Positions 28,185 through 41,200 of a stretch of 64,000 nucleotides of DNA are shown here, piece by piece. The notes beneath the pieces are model-generated. The model was not told the DNA's origin. It worked only from the letters and a program-made list of their open reading frames with translations, and did not search any database. Location of the stretch: positions 307,706,001 through 307,770,000 of the forward strand of contig NC_091282.1 in NCBI RefSeq assembly GCF_032444005.1. Reading direction: 5' to 3'. The position numbers and the translations under genes were made by a program. The DNA comes from Ranitomeya imitator. Taxonomy: Eukaryota. The stretch's first letter is position 1. Each line of letters starts with the position of its first letter.

Positions 28185-29465
28185 ACAATACAAAGTAACA
28201 AAAAGTTCAACAGTTACAGGGGGAGTGAGGGCCCTGCTCGCCAGCTTACCATGTATAAGGAAATGGGGGGACACAATAGGCAGAATATGCTTTTCATATA
28301 TAGTGCAGCCTTCATTATAATAAATAAGGGTTTTACTTTCATATAAAGCTGCATGATCCAGTCATCAGCCAGTATCTGTCTAAGTGCAGTTACCGTTACT
28401 GGGTGCATAGTGGGTGAATAGGAGGGAGCAGATAATAATTAACATTCAGAAGGAGAGAACAGTGGAGAGTTAGGTTGTTGAGCTGAAGTGAGAGACCTGT
28501 CTAAAGAGATGTGTTTTGACAACACTCTTAAAAACATGTGGGCTAGATATGTCAGATCATTTGGAGTAGTGCATTCCAGAACACTGGCGCAGCACAAGAG
28601 AAGTCTTGGAGACGGAGGTGCGAGGTTCGGATTATGGAGGATATTAGTCTTGGATCAGTTGCAGAACGGAGGGCACTGGTAGGGTGATGGAGATGAGGGA
28701 TGAGATATAGGGTGGTGCAGAACTATGAAGAGATTTGTGGGTGAGAGAGATAAGATTGTATTATATTCTGTAGTAGATGGGCAACCAGTGTAATGACTGG
28801 CACAAGATGGAGGCATCGGTGAAGCGGCTGGACAGAAATACGTCTCTGGATGCTGCATCCAGGACGGATTGGAGAGGAGAAAGTTTGGTTAGAGGGAGAG
28901 CTATCAGTAAAGAGTTGCAGTTGTCCAGACAAGAATGAATACAAGTCAGTAAGAGTTTTTGCAGTTTCAAAGGTGAGAAAAGGACGGATTCTGGAGATGT
29001 TTTTAAGATGCTGGTAACATGAGCGAGTGATTGGAATAAAGGAAAGTTCTGTGTAAAATATGACCTCATGACAGCGAGTGTGCTGCTTGGAAATTCATGG
29101 TTGAACCACCCAAGGTGCTTGCAGTATCGAGTATAGGTAGGATAGTAGAGGAAGAAACCTGAGAAGTTCAGTTTTGGAGAGATTCAGTTTTAGATAGACG
29201 GAGGAAATGATATTAGAGACAGTGGACAGACAATCCCTGATATTTTGTATTAAGGGGGTGGGGGGTATCGGGAGAAGAGCTGTATAATTGGGTGTCATCA
29301 GCGTAGAAATGGTACTGGAAACCAAATCTGCTGATGGTTTGTCCAATAGAAGCTATATATATAAGGGGCCTAGGACTGAGCATCGAGGAACCCCGTTAGT
29401 AAAGGGGAGAGGAATAAGAGCTGGCAAAAGATGCAGTGAAGGAGGAGAACCAGGAGAGGGAGAAC
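28185..29465 (-). mobile_element. Old, degraded L2 LINE 3' fragment
   Basis: Minus-strand remnants [41 protein letters not shown]; 3' UTR shares gagggccctgctcgc with the element at 30921-33705. Confidence 0.8.
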
Positions 29466-30862
29466 AATAGATTCTTGTTTCTTTTCATTTAACTCTTTGC
29501 TGTTATCAATGCTTCCATCGTTGTGAATACAGAAAGAGCACAAATGTCTCTTAAATACTAACCTTCCTAATTTATTTATTTTTAAAGCACCACTCCAGCA
29601 TGTTTTTTTCTTGTTTGTTTTTAAATTGTAGCCCTGGAGTGGTTCTACTAATATAAGCTCGCTGCCCATAAGGTTTTACTTATCAGTCGCCTCTTCTCTT
29701 CTTGGTGCCACTCTGGTTGGTCTCTGGCAGTTTGTGACCTGCCATAACGCTCCATTGTTTCCTGAGTGGATTGGAAGTCACAACTCAATGTAAATCTATG
29801 AGAGCCAGAACGAGTCTCTCATACACTTACATTGAGACTGACTTCCGGTCAATTAGCCATTGCGGTCACAAGATGGCGGCGCGGGACCGAAGCAGCCCTG
29901 GGAAACGCAGAAGACGTCAACTAGTAAGTATAAGACTGGGGTCAGGGAACTTGGATTAGGGGCACCAATCCAGCGCTACAATTAAAGCAAACAAACAAAA
30001 ACCACTGGAGTGGTTTCTTAGGGTACGTTCCCACAATCCGCTTTTTGATGAGTTTTTGATGTTGCAGATTTTCTGCACCCATTAAGTAAAATGGGATTCT
30101 TGCATTTTTTTCAAAAATACACAGCGTAAAAAACTCAACAAAAAGTCATAGTGGGAATGTAGATTAAAAGGAAATCTATTATCAGATTTTTGCTACCACA
30201 TTTGAGAGCAGCCTGATGTAGGCAAAGAGACCCTGACCCACACCAGGCTCTCCATAGACAGTAAGCTGCTTATCACAGAAGGGGGCTGAGGTGGGCCAGG
30301 GCTCACAGGACCAGCTAGCCACAGTATTGTTACTCACAAGGTGTAAGTAATCAACACCACACAGCTGGAGATTTGACACATCATTGAGTTCAGTGTTTTA
30401 ACCCCTACATCATTCTGTCCTCAGGTTACATACAAAAACCTGCTGACAAATTCACTTCAATTAATCAATAGTACAAGTGAAAATAAACTTTGTAATGCAG
30501 ATATGTCTCTCTCTCATTCTGGACTGATAATTCATTTTTAATTAATGGGTAAAATCTGTCTTCAGTGAATACAGATTTCCCCATTATTGAGTTGGACATG
30601 ATTAATGCTGCTCATAAGATTCTATGGAGAAAGGAATGGAGGAGAAAGTGGCAGACATTCTGCTGCAAGATCTCCTGAAAGTACACAATTATATTTTGTA
30701 TTCTGTTCTGCTTTCCTTTCATTGGTGTGTCACCCACTTCAAAAGACCGGATGTGATATTTTTCACCCCTACTTAATACTTAACTAGAACTAATGGCAGT
30801 TTTAGTAGATTAATCGTGTAAATTATAGAAAACAATATTTACAAAGTGTTTTTTTTGTGCAG

Positions 30863-30916
30863 GCTAAAGATCATGGCAAGACTGAAGTTGGAGAACTGCA
30901 TACTAAATTGGAGAAG
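30863..30916 (+). CDS. CIT: Citron kinase exon (AKDHGKTEVGELHTKLEK)
   Basis: ttttgtgcag|...|gtaata; 54 bp; matches recalled mammalian AKDQGKPEVGEYAKLEK. Confidence 0.9.
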
Positions 30917-30920
30917 GTAA

Positions 30921-33705
30921 TAATAAATAATAATAATTTTATTTATATAGCGCCAACATATTCCGCAGCGCTTTACAAATTATAGAGGGGACTTGTACAG
31001 ACAATAGACATTACAGCATAACCGAAATCACAGTTCAAAATAGATATCAAGAGGAATGAGGGCCCTGCTCGCAAGCTTACAAACTATGAGCAAAAGGGGA
31101 GACACGAGAGGTGGATGGTAACAATTGCTTTAGTTATTCGGACCAGCCATAGTGTAAGGTTCAGGTGTTCATGTAAAGCTGCATGAACTAGTTAACTGCC
31201 TAAGTATGTAACAGTACAGACACAGAGGGCTATTAACTGCATAAAGTGTGTTGCGAGAAACCTGATTGTTTTTTTTTTTTTTAATGGGCCACACAGGGAT
31301 AGTTAGGTTAATGCGCTGATGTGGTAGGCCAATCTGAACAAATGAGTTTTTAGGGCATGCTTAAAACTGTGGGGATTGGGGATTAATCGTATTAACCTAG
31401 GTAGTGCATTCCAAAGAATCGGCGCAGCACGTGTAAAGTCTTGGAGACGGGAATGGGAGGTTCTGATTATTGAGGACGCTAACCTGAGGTCATTAGCGGA
31501 GCGGAGGGCACGGGTAGGGTGGTAGACTGAGACCAGGGAGGAGATGTAGGGTGGTGCTGAGCCATGGAGTGCTTTGTGGATGAGGGTAGTAGTTCTGTAC
31601 TGGACTGGCACAAGGTAGAGGCATCGGTGTAACGGTTGGTGAGGAATATGATCCTGGCTGCAGCATTCAGGACAGATTGGAGCGGGGAGAGTTTTGTTAG
31701 AGGGAGGCCGATTAATAGAGAGTTACAATAGTCCAGACGAGAATGAGTAAGTGAAACAGTAACAGTTTTTGCAGAGTCGAAAGTAAGAAAAGGGCGAATT
31801 CTAAAACTGTTTTTGAGATGCAGATAAGAAGAGCGAGTCAGTGATCGGATGTGGGGGGTGAATGAAAGCTCGGAATCAAGTATGACCCCAAGGCAGCGGG
31901 CATGTTGCTTTGGAGCCGCACACGGAGATGACAATGTCAGGCAAAGGTAGGTTAATAGAGGGAGAAAACACGAGGAGTTCAGTTTTTGACAGGTTCAGTT
32001 TCAGATAGTGGGAGGACATGATGTTAGAGATAGCGGTAAGACAATCACTGGTGTTTACTAAAAAGGTCGGCGTCATAACAGGAGAAGAAGTGTATAATTG
32101 GATGTCATCAGCATAGAGATGGTACTGGAAACCAAATCTACTGATTGTTTGTCCAATAGGGGCAGTATACAAAGAGAAAAGGAGGGGGCCTAGTACTGAT
32201 CCTTGAGGAACCCCAACAGTAAGGAAAAGGTGAGAGGAGGAGGAACCAGCAAAAGATACAGTGAAGGATCGGTCAGAGAGATAGGAGGAGAACCAGGAGA
32301 GAACGGTGTCCTTGAGGCCGATGGAGCGGAGCATATTGAGGAGGAGCTGATGATCCACAGTATCGAATGCTGCAGAGAGATCCAAGAGAATTAGCATGGA
32401 GTAGTGACCATTAGATTTAGCTGTTAGTAGGTCATTAGAGACTTTAGTGAGGGCAGTTTCAGTAGAGTGTAAAGAGCGGAAACCAGATTGAAGAGGGTCG
32501 AGAAGAGAGTTATCTGAGAGATAGCGGGTAAGACGGGAGTGGACCAGGCGTTCAAGGAGTTTAGAGATGAAGGGAAGATTAGAGACAGGTCTATAATTAG
32601 CGGCACAGTTTTGATCGAGGGATGGTTTTTTAAGTAATGGATATATGATGGCATGCTTAAATGAGGATGGAAAAATACCGGAAGTGAGAGAAAAGTTGAA
32701 TATTTTTGTTAGGTGAGAGGTGACAGCTGGGGAAAGGGACTGGAGGAGATGTGACGGAATGGGGTCACTGGTGCAAGTGGTTGGGCGAGAAGATGCAAGG
32801 AGCCTGATTACTTCTTCTTCTGTAACTGGTTCAAAATCAGAGAGTGAACTAGATGCAGTAGGGGAGGGAGGACAGTGCATGGTATGAAGAGATTGGGAGA
32901 TGATTTCCTGTCGAATGTGGTCAATTTTTTCTTTGAAGTAATTGGCCAGATCGTCAGCGCGGAGATCCGTGGTTAGGGCCTGCACTCTTGGGTTGAGTAG
33001 GGACTGGAAAGTGTCAAAGAGACGTTTAGGGTTATTGGACAGTGAGGTGATGAGGGTGTTGAAATAGGTTTGTTTGGAGAGATGAAGGGCAGAGTTGTAT
33101 GTTTTTAGCATGAACTTATAATGGATGAAATCTTCGGGTAGATTAGATTTTCTCCACAGATGTTCGGCGCACCTGGAGCACCGCTGCAGGAAATGTGTTT
33201 GTAGTGTGTGCCACGGTTGTTGCCGTCTGTGCCGAGTTGTTTTATGTATAGGAGGTGCAGCTTCATCCAGAGCTCTTTGCAGGGTTTCATTGTAATGTTT
33301 CAGAGCAGAATCAGGACATGAGATGGAGGAGATTGGGGCCAATGAGAACTGCAAGTTCTTCATAAGTTTCTGGGTGTTAATGGCCTGTATGTTTCTATAA
33401 GTGTGGAAAGTGGGGGTCATTTGAGCGGGATGACAGTTCTTGATAGAGAATGAAAGAAAATTGTGGTCAGAGAGCGGGAGAGAGAAGTTTGTGAAATCAT
33501 CCACTGAGCAAAGCCAGGAGAAGACTAAGTCGAGGGAGTTTTCATCTTCATGCGTTGGAGAGTTAGTAAGCTGTGAGAGGCCGAAAGAGGAGGTTAGAGA
33601 TAAAAGGTGAGAAGCAGATGGGGAGAGGGGAGAAGCAATGGGGATGTTGAAATCACCCATGATGAGGGTGGGGATGTCACAGGAAAGTGTCGAAGTCAGG
33701 TGGCA
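30921..33705 (-). mobile_element. 5'-truncated L2 (CR1 group) LINE with EN C-terminus and RT, frameshifted 3' part
   Basis: ORF 31876-33783: [48 protein letters not shown]; (ATT)n-type tail at 30921-30940. Confidence 0.93.
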
Positions 33706-35300
33706 AAGGTAAATATTTTGTCGTCTTTTTATTTGTCTCCATCTATTTGATGTGAAAGCAGATTTGTCACCAAGATTGTGCATTACTAACTGATTGAGTT
33801 GTAAGACAAAAAAAATCTCATATGTGTTGAGGCTCGTTTGTTTAGATAGAAAGTTATTTAGAATGGCTTTATATTATTATAAAGTGTTCCTACCTGAGAA
33901 TGTTATGAGCCCTTTTTTAGCTAAAGGGAACCAGTCAGCAGGATTGTGCTCAGTAACCTACAGACACTGTCAGGTTGGGGCCGTTATACTGATTAAGATG
34001 ATACCTTGGTTGATGAAATCCATCTTGTGGTTGTTGTTTAATCTTTTTCAGTTAATGAGATTCTCGTGCTGTGGGGTGGCCTGTGGGGGGTCTTTATGTG
34101 GTGCTCTGCTTAGCTATTCATATTGATGACTTATGACAGGTCACTGATCGCTCAGTGACCTGTCTATTTTACATACTGAATATTATATGTATTGAAAAAT
34201 TGAAAAAAAAAATCACATTCAGCAGGCAGGCACCTGTGCTACAGTGTGATCACATGTATAATATGCATTAAATTGCTTTATTTGCGGATATAAATTTATT
34301 CAGAAAAAAAATAATTCTTCTCGAATGGCGCCGGCCGATAGTAGCATCTATCGGATCACCGGGACGGCTACTGCGCCGACGCGTCTGGCTCCATTTTGAG
34401 ATTTTTTTTTCAGAATCAATGTATGTGACGAAATAAAACAATTTAATGCACATTATATATGTGATCATGCTGCATTGCAGGCGCTACCACTTGGGCCTGC
34501 CTGCTGAAGGTGATTTTTTTTCCCCCATTAATAATCAGTATGTACACCAGTGGGCCGGTCACTAAGGGATCAATGACCTGCCATAAGCCGTCAGTATGAA
34601 TACCTAAGCAGAGCACCACATAAAGACCCCCCACAGGCCACCCCCGAGCACAATAATCTCAATAATTGAAAACTGACGTCATAACCTTGGAACGCTTCAA
34701 TGGATGGCACTGATTCTGTTTTCTCATGACATATTGGACGTCACGATAGTGGTAAAATCTATTTGCTGTTACTTGCGTTTATTTGTGAAAAAATCGGAAA
34801 GTTGGTGAAAATTTAGCAATTTTCAAACTTTTAATTTTATTTACTGAAATCAGAGAGTCATGTCACAGAAAATAATTAATAAAGAAAATTTCCCACATGT
34901 CTAATTTTTGAAACATAATATTTTACATTTGACCAGTGATTTCTCATTTTTACAACAAAATTTACAAAACTATTTTTTTTAGGGACCACCTGAAATTCGA
35001 GGTGCCTTTGAGGGGTCTATATTACAGAAAATACCCCAAAGTGATGCAAGTGTAACTGGAGAAATTGCACCATACGATTTCTCCAGTTACAATTTGTTGT
35101 GCAATTTCTCCTGAGTTCACTGATACTCTATATGTGGTCGAAAATATTTTTGAGGCACAGAGCAAAGCTCAGACTAGAAGTAGCGTCATATTGTAGTGCA
35201 GATCTTGCTGCACTGGTTTGAGGGTGCCATGTCACATTGGCAGAGCCCTTGAGATGCCAGAACAGCAGAACCCCCCCATAAGTGACCCTATTTTACAAAC

Positions 35301-35701
35301 TAAAGGTACCTTCACACTGAGCAACTTTACATCGAGAACAACAACGATCCGTGACGTTGCAGCGTCCTAGATAGCGATCTCGTTGTGTTTGACACGCAGC
35401 AGCGATCCGGATCCTGCTGTGACATCGCTGGTCGGAGCTAGAAGTCCAGAACTTTATTTGGTCGTCAGGTCGGCGTGATTCGTCATGTTTGACAGCAAAA
35501 GCAACGATGCCAGCAATGTTTTTTCACGGAGCTAACAACCAGCGAGAACGATAAGTACGTCACTGGATCGCTCCTGCATCGTTCTGGAGTTGCTGTGTTT
35601 GACGTCTCTACAGCAACCTAACAGCGACGCTCCAGCGATCTAGTTTAGGTCGGATTGTTGTCTATATCGCTGGAGCGTCGCTAAATGTGACGGTACCTTA
35701 A
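35301..35701. mobile_element. TTAA MITE
   Basis: TAAAGGTACCTTCACA...TGTGACGGTACCTTAA inverted ends. Confidence 0.75.
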
Positions 35702-36957
35702 CCCCTTCATGACCATGGGATTTTTCATTTTTCCGTGTTCGTTTTTCACTCCCCTCCTTCCCAGAGCCATAACTTTTTTATTTTTCCGTCAATTTGGCCA
35801 TGTGAGGGCTTATTTTTTGCGGGACGAGTTGTACTTTTGAACGACATCATTGGTTTTAGCATGTCGTGTACTAGAAAACGGGAAAAAAATTCCAAGTGCG
35901 GTGAAATTGCAAAAAAAGTGCAATCCCACACTTGTTTTTTGTTTGGCTTTTTTGCTAGGTTCACTAAATGCTAAAACTGACTTGACATTATGATTCTCCA
36001 GGTCAGACCTAAGGTCAGACACCTAACATGACTAGGTTATTTTTTAACTAAGTGGTGAAAAAAATTTCCAAACTTTGCTAAAAAAAAAAAAAATTGCGCC
36101 ATTTTCCGATACTCTTAGTGTCTCCATTTTTTGTGATCTGGGGTCGGTTGAGGGCTTATTTTTTGTGTGCCGAGATGACGTTTTTAATGACAGCATTTCG
36201 GTGCAGATACGTTCTTTTGATCGCCCGTTATTGCATTTTAATGCAATGTCGCGGCGACCAAAAAAACGTAATTCTGGTGTTTCGAATTTGTTTCCCGCTA
36301 CGCTGTTTAGCGATCAGGTTAATGCTTTTTTTTAATTGATAGATCGGGCGATTCTGAGCGTGGCGATACCAAATATGTGTAGATTTGATATTTTTTTTTA
36401 TTGATTTATTTTGATTGGGGCGAAAGGGGGGTGATTTAAACTTTTATATTTTTTTTTATTTTTTTAACATTTTTTTCAACTTTTTTTTTTTTTTTTTACT
36501 TTTGCCATGCTTCAATAGCCTCCATGGGAGGCTAGAAGCAGGCACAACGCGATCGGCTCTGCTACATAGCAGGAGGTGTGCTGTGAGCGCCGACCACAGG
36601 GTGGTGCTCACAGCCACCGGCGATCAGTAACCATAGAGGTCTCAAGGACCTCTATGGTTACAATGGAGACGCATCGCCGACCCCCGATCATGTGACGGGG
36701 TCGGCGATGACGTCATTTCTGGCCGCCCGGCCGGAAGCGGTAGTTAAATGCCGCTGTCTGCGTTTGACAGCGGCATTTAACTAGTTAATAGGTGCAGGCA
36801 GATCGCGATTCTGCCCGCGCCTATTACGGGCACATGTCGGCTGTTCAAAACAGCTGACATGTCCCGGCTTTGGTGCGGGCTCACCGCGAAGCCCTGCATC
36901 AAAGCAGGGGATCTGACCTTGGACGTACTATCCCGTCCAAGGTCAGATAGGGGTTAA
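35698..36957. mobile_element. piggyBac-like non-autonomous element
   Basis: TTAACCCCT...AGGGGTTAA termini. Confidence 0.75.
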
Positions 36958-38380
36958 GCCTCTCAATGAATTCATCTAGGAGTGCAGTGATCATATTGAC
37001 ACTAGAGGTGTGTCACAGAATTTTATACCATTGGGCAGTGAAGAAAAAATAATTAAATTTTTACATCAAAATTGTGTGTTAGCCCCAAATTTAACATTTT
37101 CATACTGGGAAATGGGTAAAAATGGCACCAAAATTTGTCCCATAATTTCTGCTGAATTTAGAAATGCCCCATATGGGGCTGTACAGTACTGCTTAGACTC
37201 GGGAGGGTTGGAGCGCTATTTGCATCCTGGAGCACAGATTTTCCTAGAATAGTTTTCGGACTCCATATACAGAGCCCCACAGAGTGTTAGAAAAGCAGAA
37301 TCCCCCCTCAAGTGACCCCATTTTGGAAATTATACCCCTTTGGGAATTTCTCTACCGGTGTAGTGATGATTTTTACTCCATGTATGTTTTCCAGAAACAA
37401 GCAGAAGTGGATGTTGCTGAGTGAAAATTGCAAAATGCCATTGTAGTGCCCAGTACGTAATGTCCAGCTCATGCTTCTGGGGACTTGCTTTTTTTGTGGA
37501 TTGAACAGAAGCTTTTATTGGGAACATTTTACATAACATTTGGGATCACATTTATCCAGCGCTCTACGCTAAGCACTTAATTTGGGTTTTCCATCTAAAT
37601 CTACAAGTGACGTGATTCAGATGAACACTCCGAGGGATCCACTCACTATGAGGCAGCAGAGTTGCTCTGGATTCCATCTGGCCTCTGTTCAGCATTGTCC
37701 TTCTTTTCGGAAGTGCACAAAACTGTGGCCAATCACAATTTTATGCTCACCTAAAAAAAGATGGACACTGCCGGATCACAGGTCAGACGACGTCCACAGT
37801 GCCTCCATCTGCCTCATTATAGCGAATCTTCCTCCAGGGGTTCTTTCTGAATGATGTATTTTTTAAATTTACACGGAAACCCCGATGTCAGCGCTCAGTA
37901 CAGAACACAGGATAAATGTACGCCGAGCCTCACTGCGATCTTTGGGAGGCAGAATGTAAAAATCAACAGCTTGTGAAGAATTGGCTATATTTTTTATGCC
38001 GTGCCTCATGTGGTATAAGTAATTAGACGATTTTATTCTTAGAGTCCATGCGATTACAGCGATACCAGATTTATATTGCGTTTTTATGTTTGGCTGCTGT
38101 CACACACTAAAAGATACTTTTTATTGTGAAAACTAGTTTTTGCTTCGCCATATTTAGACAGCTATAATTTTTCAATATTTTAGCCGACAGAGTCATGTGA
38201 GGGCTTTTTTTTTGTGGGTCGAGCTGACGTTTTTTATTGGTACCATTTTTGGGCACATGACATCTTTTAATCGTTTTCTATTCCGATGTTTGTGAGGTAG
38301 AATGAGTAAAACCAGTATTTAATTTTTTTTTTTTTTTTAAATACCATTCCGCATGTGGTAAAATTGATAGGACAGCTTTA
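36958..38380. repeat. Fragments of an abundant non-autonomous DNA-transposon family; inverted copy at about 41330-41650 plus 47283-47830
   Basis: 36960-37340 is the reverse complement of the DIRS flanks. Confidence 0.6.
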
Positions 38381-39540
38381 GGGTATATGCACACGCTGCT
38401 GTTTTTTTATGCATTTCCACGGCGTTTGTGGACGTGCGGAATTGCCTCAAATCCGCAGTGCGTTGTGCACACAATGTTTATCAATTGGAAATTCAAAAAC
38501 GCTGTGCACATGCTGCGGAAAAAAGCACGCGGATTCGCAGCATGTTTTTTTTTCTGCAGCATGTCAATCCTTTGTGCAGAACTGCAGCGTTTCTGCACCC
38601 ATTGACTTCCATTGTGTCAGGCCAATCCACAACAAAACTGCAGATGTAAAAAAAATCTGCAGTTTTGCTGCGGAAATGGGTGCGAGAAACGCTGCGGCCC
38701 GGGAGGAAGGAAGTGTGTGGGCAGTGACTGTGTGCGTGTCTCTGTGTGCGGGTCTGCTTGTGTCGGTCTGCGTGGCTGTGTGCGGGGTCGGCAGGGCTGT
38801 CAGGGGGTCTGCCGGGGCTTTGTGTGTGTGTGTGTGTGTGCAGGCATCGTCCGATGGGTCTACAAGTCTCATCCGGCTATGCATGCTACAGTGACAGTGA
38901 TTGACACATTAGCCAATGATGGGACAGTAGAAGTCCCATCATCCGACTAATGTGTTGAATGTAAAAACAAAAAACATATACAGTACATATAGTTCATACT
39001 TACCATCTACACCTAATTCCGGAAGCTCTCACTCTCATGAAAAAAAATTTAAATAATAAACCAACAATATACTCCCTGTGTCCGACGTAATCCAATTAAT
39101 ACGATTGTCCCACGACGATCTCCCGTGGAGAGCTGTCACATCAGCTGATGCGACTGCTCTCCAGGGGCTTCGGTGATACAATGAGGGAGATAATTGTATC
39201 ATTTCGCGGCCGACAGGTAACAGTAGTTCACCTGTCACTTTGCGTTAAAGGTGGACTACATCGGACAGGGAGTATGCTGTTGGTTTTTTTTTTTTTTTAC
39301 ATTTATTTTTGCAGGTGGTCGATGGCGTCGAATGGCTATAGGAGTACAATAAAAATTATGAAAAACTGTGTTGTTTTATTTCATTAAAATACTTTATTCT
39401 TATGTGTGTGTTTTTTTTTTTTTAACCCTTTTTTACTATAAGATTAATAATGGATAGGCGTCTTATTGACGCCTCTCCATTATTAACCGGGCTTAATGTC
39501 ACCTTACAATAGCAAGGTGACATTAACCCCTTATTATCCC

Positions 39541-40302
39541 TGTGGTGAAATATGTATATATATATATGTGTGTAGTGACATATGTCTAGGGTTATATGTG
39601 TAACTAGCAGTAGTTGAACATCTGTCCTGAAGGCTGCATGTCTCACCCAAGTGTTAATATGTATTTTCCTGAGACAAACAGACTTCTGTCTCCAAATGTC
39701 ACCAGGGGGTCTTGCAATTATGATATTAGCCTGAGGGGCTGGTCTAGAAATGTGACCTCCAGACTAAAGCTATAAATTAAACCCATATACCTAGAATCGT
39801 GTTCACATAATGGGGGCAATCGATCTGGTGTGATCCAATCTACATTCATCCTACCGTCAGAAAGCAGACTACCAAGTTAGATGATTTCTGTAAGTTTTCT
39901 CCTGATATTTTATACTGTTTTGCATAAATTGTATGTCTTTTTTATCATATTTTTTTTATAATTTTTTCTTACTGTAAGCACTGAACATTTTTGTATTAAA
40001 GTATAAAACTTTAACAAGTTGAACCTTGAATGTTCTAACGAATCCATAACCTAAGGTGTGTGAGCCTTATGAGTGGTAGACATTATTAGTATTAATATTT
40101 CCGGGACTCATCGCCCGTGTATGAGCGGGTGTGCGGCCTGGGTCGGTGTGTTATTTATGCTCCGATTACAGCATAGGACAGAGGTTGAATGCTGGACTGA
40201 GAGTGGGGAGATAGATTAACCCTTGCAGGCACATCCCCAAGTCACGTGCTGAGAACGGATGCGTGACGAATTAGTGACACCACGGAGTGGGGATCCGTGA
40301 CA
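39541..40302. mobile_element. Probable solo LTR
   Basis: TG...CA; flanks atccc/acccc (one mismatch) interrupting another repeat; TATAAA near 39770. Confidence 0.55.
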
Positions 40303-40741
40303 ACCCCATATGGCTCCTCTACACCGCAGTGGGAAGGGATGGGCTAAGTACCAGAATTGCGACATGACGATGCGCCATTTCTCGGGCGATTGCAGGCTGG
40401 TGTTTGTAGCTATGAATATCAGCCCGCAGCTGTCTGTAGACTTTCTGGCGACCCTCTATTTTAATAGCCAGTAAAAGCTATGCAGACAGATGCGGGCTCA
40501 TATTCATAGCCTGGGAAGGTGCCATGGATATTACGCCCTTCCCAGGCTACAAATATTGGCCCCCGACAGTCGTCTTTCCCCTTCTGGCGCAGAAAATTCC
40601 ATCGGAGCCCACTCCATTTTATTCTCCCCTTTTTTTTTTCAAAATTAAACATATTGTTCATTAATAAACATTGGCCTTGCTATTATATATATATATGGAT
40701 ATAGCTATATCTATGGATATATTTATAGATATATCTATATA

Positions 40742-41200
40742 CAGTGCCTTGCGAAAGTATTCGGCCCCCTGGAACTTTTCAACCTTTTCCCACATATCAT
40801 GTTTCAAACATAAAGATACCAGATGTAAATTTTTGCTGAAGAATCAACAAGTGGAACACAATTGTGAAGGTGAACGAAATTTATTGTTTTTTTTTTTACA
40901 TTTTTGTGGAAAATCGAAGAGTGGGACGTGCAATATTATTCGGCCCCTTTACTTTCAGTGCAGCAAACGCACTCCAGAACTTCATTGTGGATCTCTGAAT
41001 GATCCAATGTTGTCCTAAATGCCTAATGATGATAAATATAATCCACCTGTGTGTAATCAAGTCTCCGTATAAATGCACCTGCTCTGTGATAGTCTCACGG
41101 TTCTGTTTGAAGCACAGAGAGCATCATGAAGACCAAGGAACACAACTGGCAGGTCCGTGATACTGTTGTGGAGAAGTTTAAAGCCGGATTTGGATACAAA
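40742..41200 (+). mobile_element. Tc1-type transposon 5' fragment
   Basis: TA|CAGTGCCTTGCGAAAGTATTCGGCCCCC TIR; transposase start MKTKEHNWQVRDTVVEKFKAGFGYK at 41126, then truncated. Confidence 0.85.
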
